A stretch of 64,000 nt of DNA from Paramecium tetraurelia (lineage: Eukaryota), in the NCBI GenBank assembly GCA_000165425.1, contig CT868596.1, positions 186,001 through 250,000 on the forward strand. The letters are read 5' to 3'. Positions 55,600 to 64,000 of this stretch are shown piece by piece (position 1 is the stretch's first letter; each line of letters starts with the position of its first letter). The translations under genes and the position numbers were made by a program. A model generated the notes under the pieces. It was not told the DNA's origin. It worked only from the letters and a program-made list of their open reading frames with translations, and did not search any database.

Positions 55600-57261
55600 A
55601 TGGAAGAGGAAGGATATAAATAAGTGCAGAACTATATTTTATGTAAATTTATTTGTTCAACAAGAGCGCACATTGGGCTAAGGAACTTTTGGCAAGGTCA
55701 AACTAGGTTACCATACTATTGCTGACGAATATGTAAGAATGAACCTAAAATTATAAGGTAGCAATAAAAATACTCGAAAAAAGTAGAATAGAAAATCAAT
55801 GTGATTTAATAAGAGTTTAAAGGGAAATCTCCATCCTACGAAAGGTATGTCATTCTAATGTAATCAAATTGTATGAGGTAATTCTATCATAACCAAAACA
55901 AGATCTTAGAATCTGAGTCATGTGTCTATCTCGTGATGGAATATGTAAAGGGTGGAGAATTGTATGAATACATAATAAAGAAGAAATAGTAATCTGAATC
56001 CTAAATGAAATTAGCCTGCCAGAGCATATAGCAGTTCGCTACTTTTAGTAGTTAGTCTTTGCAACAGAATATTTACATTCATAAAATATAACTCACAGAG
56101 ATCTGAAACCAGAAAATCTTTTGCTTGATGAGAATAGATAACTGAAGATTGCAGATTTTGGACTCAGTTTCATCTCGTAAACTAAAGGTGAATATCTTAA
56201 AACTGCGTGCGGATCACCTTGTTATGCTGCACCAGAAATGCTTGGTATTAATTTACATTAACAAGTTGGTAAAACTTATGAAGGAACTAAAAGTGACATC
56301 TGGAGTTGTGGCATAATTTTATTTGCTATGCTATGTGGATATCTACCTTTTGAACATGAGAACACATAATAATTATATGAATTGATAAAGAACAGCGATT
56401 TTGAAAAACCAGAACACCTATCAAAAAATGCCTAGGATATGTTAACCAAAATTCTAGTTAAAGATCCAACCAGACGATATAACTTCGAATAAATAAAGTA
56501 ACATCCATTTTTTTAGTTACATGCTTCAATCCCAACCAAGAATCTAAGTTTGAATGACTAAAACGTCATTTAAAAGATGATAGAAATGGGATATTAACAA
56601 AATTAAATAATAGTCCAATTGCAATCAAATAAGCATAACACTTTAACCACTATATATTTCCTTTTATAAAAAAAATACAATTCAACTCATCGACAAAGCT
56701 TTTTTTAAAATATTTAAAATATCGGAAATCTAAAACTTGATATTAACCAAAAAAGATTCACTCTTGCCAAATTCTAACCTTCTCAATAGGGATCACCTCT
56801 TCTGGATAAAATTGATAAGATTAAAAAATCGATTAGATCCAGATTAGATAATTCCCCTTATTTAAAAACTTAGATCTCCTAAAGATTTAAGAAAGTAAAT
56901 TTATCTGTTTAATCCAAACGAGTCAGTATTCAAATCGAAAACTAAAGACAAAAAACTAATTCTGTTTAAGAAAAACATTATGATTATCCTTGCATCTTCA
57001 CATCCAATAACTCTGATCAGAAGTAATAATAATAAATAGAACAAACCAAATCCAGAATTCAATCTAGAAAGAACTCCAAAAATCAGGCACCTTATAAAAT
57101 TTTGTAAAGAAGAAATATAGAATAAGCAATCAAAACAGACTTTAATGAAGAGTACTAAAGTAATTAGAAAGCTATTTACGCTTAAGTAAGACAAAGAAAT
57201 AAAACACAACCACATAAAAGTGAAGAAGGGCAAAAATACTTCGATAAAGGTACCAAATTGA
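55600..57261 (+). CDS. AMPK/SNF1-related (CAMKL) Ser/Thr kinase with UBA-like domain
   Basis: [84 protein letters not shown]; 5 introns. Confidence 0.95.
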
Positions 57262-57295
57262 ATACATCTCATTAAGTATTAAATAATTAAATTAG

Positions 57296-57451
57296 ATGGT
57301 GGAAAAGACACCATAACATTCCCCTTACATAAATATGAACTTCAGTAATCATCGACAATTGTTTAAATAGATATATAATGGAAACTTACAGGATTATATG
57401 AAGAAAAAAAAGGATCTTAAGACCCAAAAATTGATGAATGATCAACCCTGA
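57296..57451 (+). CDS. Possible 51-aa microprotein
   Basis: MVEKTPQHSPYINMNFSNHRQLFKQIYNGNLQDYMKKKKDLKTQKLMNDQP-TGA, starting 34 nt after the kinase stop. Confidence 0.3.
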
Positions 57452-57798
57452 TTAGATTGAATACATAGTTAATTACTATTATATTTATTAATTAGGTTTC
57501 CAGATTGATAAATTTTTCTTATTTTCTTTTTTATTCATTCTAAATTCTACTCCACTTCTGTTTAATATGTCTTATTTGTAAATGGAAAGTTTTATGAAAT
57601 AATTCTTACATTTTACCAGTAATTATGAAAAATAGAAAGATATGTTATTAGAAACGTCATTTAACATCTCAAATGATGGAACCAATTCATTTAGGCTTAG
57701 ATAATTAACAAAGAAGCCAGAACTTTTCACAAGAAATGTAATAGGCAATAAATAAATTGAAATTTTATTAACCCATCATTATGCATTTTATTTCATAA

Positions 57799-58730
57799 TC
57801 ATGCATCTTCCACTTTTTCAGTGACTACTTCTTAGGTGGTAAAATGAAGAAAAAAATAATATTAAACTATACCATCATTCATAGTATAAATTTTGGTGGT
57901 TATAATATGTTTTTTACCCCCTTTGACTGTGGTTTTAACTTTCTTTTAAACCTTCTTTGCACCTGGTATCAATTTCTCCTTTCCTTCATTTTTGTCATCA
58001 TCATCATCGTCTTTCTGTTTAATTACTTATTTCTCTTATTTCTCTGATTTCTTTTTTTTCTCCTTCTCTTTATCTCCTTCTTATTCTGGCTTACCTCCTT
58101 ATGAAAATTTTGACGCAAAATCAAAAACGAAAACAAATTTAAAGGCCTTATGAGGTGCTCCAAATATACCTACTTATTTATAAGCAGGTTCAAAGAAATT
58201 AGATCTGTGCCCTCTACTTGGAACACCATCATCGACTATCAATTATATAACAACTAAAAATTTAAATATTATAATTTACTATCTTCAGCTGTGGATTTTC
58301 CAAAACTGATATTTTCTCCAATAGTCCCTGGTTTCCATTAACCATGTCTTTCTATTCTTTATTTTGTAGTTGAATGATCACTTCCTTCATGTCCAGTCAA
58401 ACCATTAGTTCCTAGATTCAAATTCTGTAATACCTAAATCTTCTGCATGATCCCTGGCTGCTTCCTCCAACCCTTTTTCATATGTCAATGGTCCAACAGG
58501 TTTCTGCTTTTTTAGAAAATCAATGCACTCTATGTAAAGATATTATATGCATTACCCTAGACGGAATTGGCTCCTTCCTTTGTATTAGTAGCTTAAGTTC
58601 CAGGTAAGTGCAAGACTTTATCTTTGAAATATTTGAGCCTATTTTCTAGAGCCGGAATAATTAGTGATGGATCTTATCTTACTTTATTCTAAAATTCAAA
58701 AACTTCTTTAGCCAAAGCGGAATAATTCAT
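57799..58730 (-). CDS. CAP/SCP-domain protein without signal peptide
   Basis: QNKVRQDP, GLEEAARDHAEDLG..GHEGSD, GENISFG, LIVDDGVPSRGHRSNFF, C-terminal KKHIITTKIYTMNDG. Confidence 0.9.
57840..57871. other. IES-like 30-bp TA-bounded insert inside the CAP gene
   Basis: TAaaatgaagaaaaaaataatattaaactaTA; one end reads TATAGTT on the minus strand (Paramecium IES consensus TAYAGYNR); excision gives GGT ACC ACC. Confidence 0.45.
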
Positions 58731-59119
58731 TTAATTTTATTTAAATAATTTATTTTTTCAATTTCTTTATATTATTAAATTCTAAATATCTTCTAATCTA
58801 TTATATTCTAATATATAAAATAGGAATTAGTTTTTGTAACGTATTTTAATTTATGAATACACCAATCTTCGAACATATTAATTTTAATTAAAAGACTCAA
58901 ATTATGTTTTGAAGATACTGATTTATTAAAAATTATTTCCTTTTTGAAAACCAGAATTCCAAAGGCTATGTAGAATCATAAAGATTTATAATTTGTATTA
59001 ATGTATTATTTATTTATAGATTTAAAATAATCTCCAATAACTTTTCATTATTCAAAAATAAAAAGATTATTAAGTATTAAATTGGATTAAATGTTATGTA
59101 ATAGTAAATAAATTAATAA

Positions 59120-59833
59120 TCAATGAGCTCTTTCTCTTATCTTCCATTAATGCATATAATTGTTTAATTTATGGGTAAAATCAGTTAATTTATCCCTTTA
59201 ATTGGATTAATTTAGAATTGAATTTGTTATCGAACTTTTAATATAATTAGAACTTATTCTATTGCCATCAAATTCAATTGAACTGCGACGTGATTTAGTA
59301 CTGGGTTCCATATATACTGAACCTCGTTTTCTTCTTTCCTTCGGGTTAAACTTCTATTCAAAGTCTTGAAGTTATTTAATGAAACCTGGATTTGGACTAA
59401 CTAATCTTCTACGTTATTAAATGTGATGCAAAGTTTGATTAAGACTCAATTAATATTTTTGCATCATGTAGGCTGCGCAAATAGCTGCAGATCTAGAAAT
59501 CCCATTGTAGCAATGAATGAGCACATTTGTTCTTAGAGCTTAAAGGTCTATGAATTTAATAGATTAATCATAATATTTGTATAAGGGAAAATCATCGCAA
59601 TCCTCTGCCATTATCCACTATATATATAGATTTGAATTATTTACTAATTTTTAGGCCCCTTTGATTGATACTTGATAATCAATAAGAGAAAGCACAGCCC
59701 CTATTTAATATTTAATTAAATTATCTGGATTTTACGCAGCATCAATATTTCCCAAGTATATTCCTCCAACTCCGTTTAAAGGAGCTATAATGCAATTCAT
59801 ACAATTAGACAGATCAGGAGTATTAACGAACAT
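59120..59833 (-). CDS. Dual-specificity protein phosphatase
   Basis: GIYLGNIDAA, AED, VLIHCYNGISRSAAICAAYMM, RRLVSPNPGFIKQL. Confidence 0.95.
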
Positions 59834-59957
59834 TTTAATTAAAATTATTATAAATCCTGCTCTATAAGTGAGTTCTATCATCTAAATGAGAGACTTCCTT
59901 ACATTCTGAGTTAATGATTTACTTTATATATATGAAAATGAAATAGTATAATAAAAT

Positions 59958-61555
<1,598 letters not shown>

Positions 61556-62934
61556 TATATAATCTTAAATTGATTAATTTTGAATTTGTCGCAATTCATT
61601 TATAAAGAAGTATCTAATTTAATAATATGCATGATCAGACTAATTTACTTTAAAAAATATTCAAAATATTATCAAAATACACATTTTTTGCAATAATTTT
61701 ACAAAGGATTAATCCTCTGATAGTGATTGAATATATTATCTATTAAAAAGTAATTCATTTAAAAATGCATTATGCAAAATATGCATTGTTAAAACATTTA
61801 GCTCAATATTAAAAAAAATAAGTTATGATAAATTAAACTTAAATTACTAATCATTTCAATTCAAAATTAAAAAAAAATCAATAATAAAGACTTTTATTGT
61901 TGTTTAGAAGAACCTTCATACCTTTTACTCTTATTTCCTGTCTTAATGGCAAAAACCTTCTTACATAACTTCTTCCAAATAATAGATTTGATTCAAAAAC
62001 TTTGTTGTTTACTTTAAATTATCCATTAAATTTTCAGGAACACAATTATGAGTAACAATGGTATAAACTTTTTTTAATTATTTTTGCTATTTAATAATTA
62101 GTTTGTATTTTATTGATACATATTTTTGCATTTTCTAATTAATTACTATAAAATCAAAATAAGATTTCTGATTATTTTAATGTATATTAAAAAACTAGTC
62201 AAAAAACGTCAGCAGATATCTCTTTAAAATACATTAGGTATTTAGAATCACTTTATTCCTGCTTGATCAATATTTTATTAAATTTTTTAAATCTGAACTG
62301 CTTTGATTCTACAATTTTCATCCATCTATACTTTATTTCTTACCCCTATTTTTTACAATAAACATATTTTAAGATTTAAAAGTTGATAAATTAATTTCTA
62401 ATTAAAAAATTAATTCTATTTATTCACTTAAATATTAGTAAATATTGTCTATAATTTGAAAAGGAATCTTTAATATATTACGTTAATTCATTTATAGATG
62501 CAAGGCTCCTTTCATTTAAGTAAATATATATTGACTTACTCAAAAAATTGAAAATATAAGAATTGCATATATAACTAAGATCTGGTTATGTTTAAAACTT
62601 AAGACTTCGCTGATTATAATATAAACTGAGACACATTTGAATTGGTTTAAGTTAAAAACGTAGCAGAAAAGTTGTAGGTTTGTAACAATACTTTCAATGA
62701 TCATGCAATAATTTATTCTTAGAATTTACAAACAAATAGGAGCAAGAAAAAGTTAGCAGAGAATTCAAGCTACTTAGAATCAAAGAGAAACGATTAAGAA
62801 CAAGCAAAGGTTAAAAAAGATCAAGAAAATGCCATTATTGAAAAATGGATAATAATTTTTAAGAAATAAATGGTTTCATGATAAGGAAGGTGAAAATGAG
62901 TTCAATATCATTATTAAATATTTGGTAAAATCAA

Positions 62935-63591
62935 TCACAATTGCATCATTAGTTTCTATGCTTTCTTAAAACTATTGAGCATATCTTCAAATTATTCAGG
63001 AAACATAACAAATTGGCAACATTCTTGTTTCCCATTGTCATGCTGGAACGTTATGTTTGTATCTATATATCTGTTCCCCTCGATTTATTTTTGAGGGACC
63101 ACACTCTCTGATACTATAAATTTACTAATTCCATAATGAAACTCTACAGCCTTTCCAACTTTGAGAATCATAATTATTAATACTTTTTATTATTTAGTTT
63201 TCATAGACCTATTGTAATTTGTCTTTGTATTATTTAAAGGTCTTGCTCAATTATTCACAGTTTTCTTTTGGCAGACCCAAATCAATTAGCTCTTTTATTA
63301 ATATCTATTCTGAAACATCATATTTGGCAGAGTTTTCAACGATAAATGATACGCAAGCAATAGTTGAATTGATTTCTTATTGATTAAAACCAGATCCTTC
63401 CAGCATCTTAAATATCTTAGCTGAAGTGTCTATACCTTCGACAATATTCTATAGAATATATTAGGTCACTAATTTCATCTTCACAGAAGCCTATCCTTAT
63501 ATTTTAATTCTAATACAATTTTTGTCAGAAGTGCTGATTCAGCCAAAAACCATTCTGGGCAATTGCTGTCTCCACAAAATAAAAATCTCAT
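62935..63591 (-). CDS. COMMD4: COMM domain-containing protein 4
   Basis: MRFLFCGDSNCPEWFLAE..L..ASVKMK, IACVSFIVENSAKYDV, ELIDLGLPKE; several tiny introns. Confidence 0.85.
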
Positions 63592-64000
63592 AATTTTAAT
63601 ATTTATTCATTATTTAATATTCTATATTCCCTTTAGCTAAACACGATAATTGTAGAGGATTATAATACACAAATTCTATCACTTTTTGATAATTTTATAA
63701 ATATATCAGATGTGTTTGGCCTGATTTTTTTAAATGAATGAAGAAAAAAATGGAAATAACATATACTTAAGTATCCCAAATATTCTTTATCAATCATCAT
63801 CTTATCTCCTCTCTCAAAAACCTCAATATGAACATAGGTATCAAATTGTTGATTAAATAGTTGTAAATAATCAGTTTCTAATTTTGCAAATTTGGTTGCA
63901 TAGGATATATTATAAATAATAATACTCTAAGGCATAAAAATTAAATGAGAATACAAAATATCAATTTCTTATGCATTTATTTCAATTTATTAAATGTTGT

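Noticed and set aside
62660..62930. + strand K/Q-rich frame converging on COMMD4
   Set aside because: No clear gene boundaries or motif; probably a remnant or chance frame.

Overview
AT-rich, gene-dense eukaryotic DNA from a ciliate, almost certainly Paramecium macronuclear sequence. Conserved proteins read through TAA/TAG as Gln and end at TGA (ciliate nuclear code, table 6). Introns are tiny (about 20-32 nt, GT..AG) and several intergenic gaps are only 27-45 nt. The supplied standard-code ORF track is therefore fragmentary and many of its ORFs are antisense artefacts. Translating by hand with the ciliate code gives about 36 protein-coding genes: a PX protein, two acylated MORN proteins, UCH37/UCHL5, OLA1, an inactive rhomboid, RNR small subunit, NT-C2, TPR and LRR proteins, an SPF30-like Tudor protein, two tandem TM+PAS paralogues, three kinases, PDI, a SET methyltransferase, an SMIM14-like protein, kinesin-13, a GPCR-like 7TM protein, a tetraspanin-like protein, a trichocyst matrix protein, TMBIM, a short NOP14, CAP/SCP, a dual-specificity phosphatase and COMMD4, plus some decayed gene remnants. 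I saw no rRNA, tRNA, telomeric repeat, transposase or CRISPR. The most interesting observations are: (1) a SETD3/LSMT-type methyltransferase with intact SET motifs and a clear signal peptide, head-to-head (44 nt) with an ER PDI; (2) a 30-bp TA-bounded, in-frame IES-like insert in the CAP gene; (3) an apparently half-length NOP14. All models are manual and unsearched, so coordinates may be off by a few nt.
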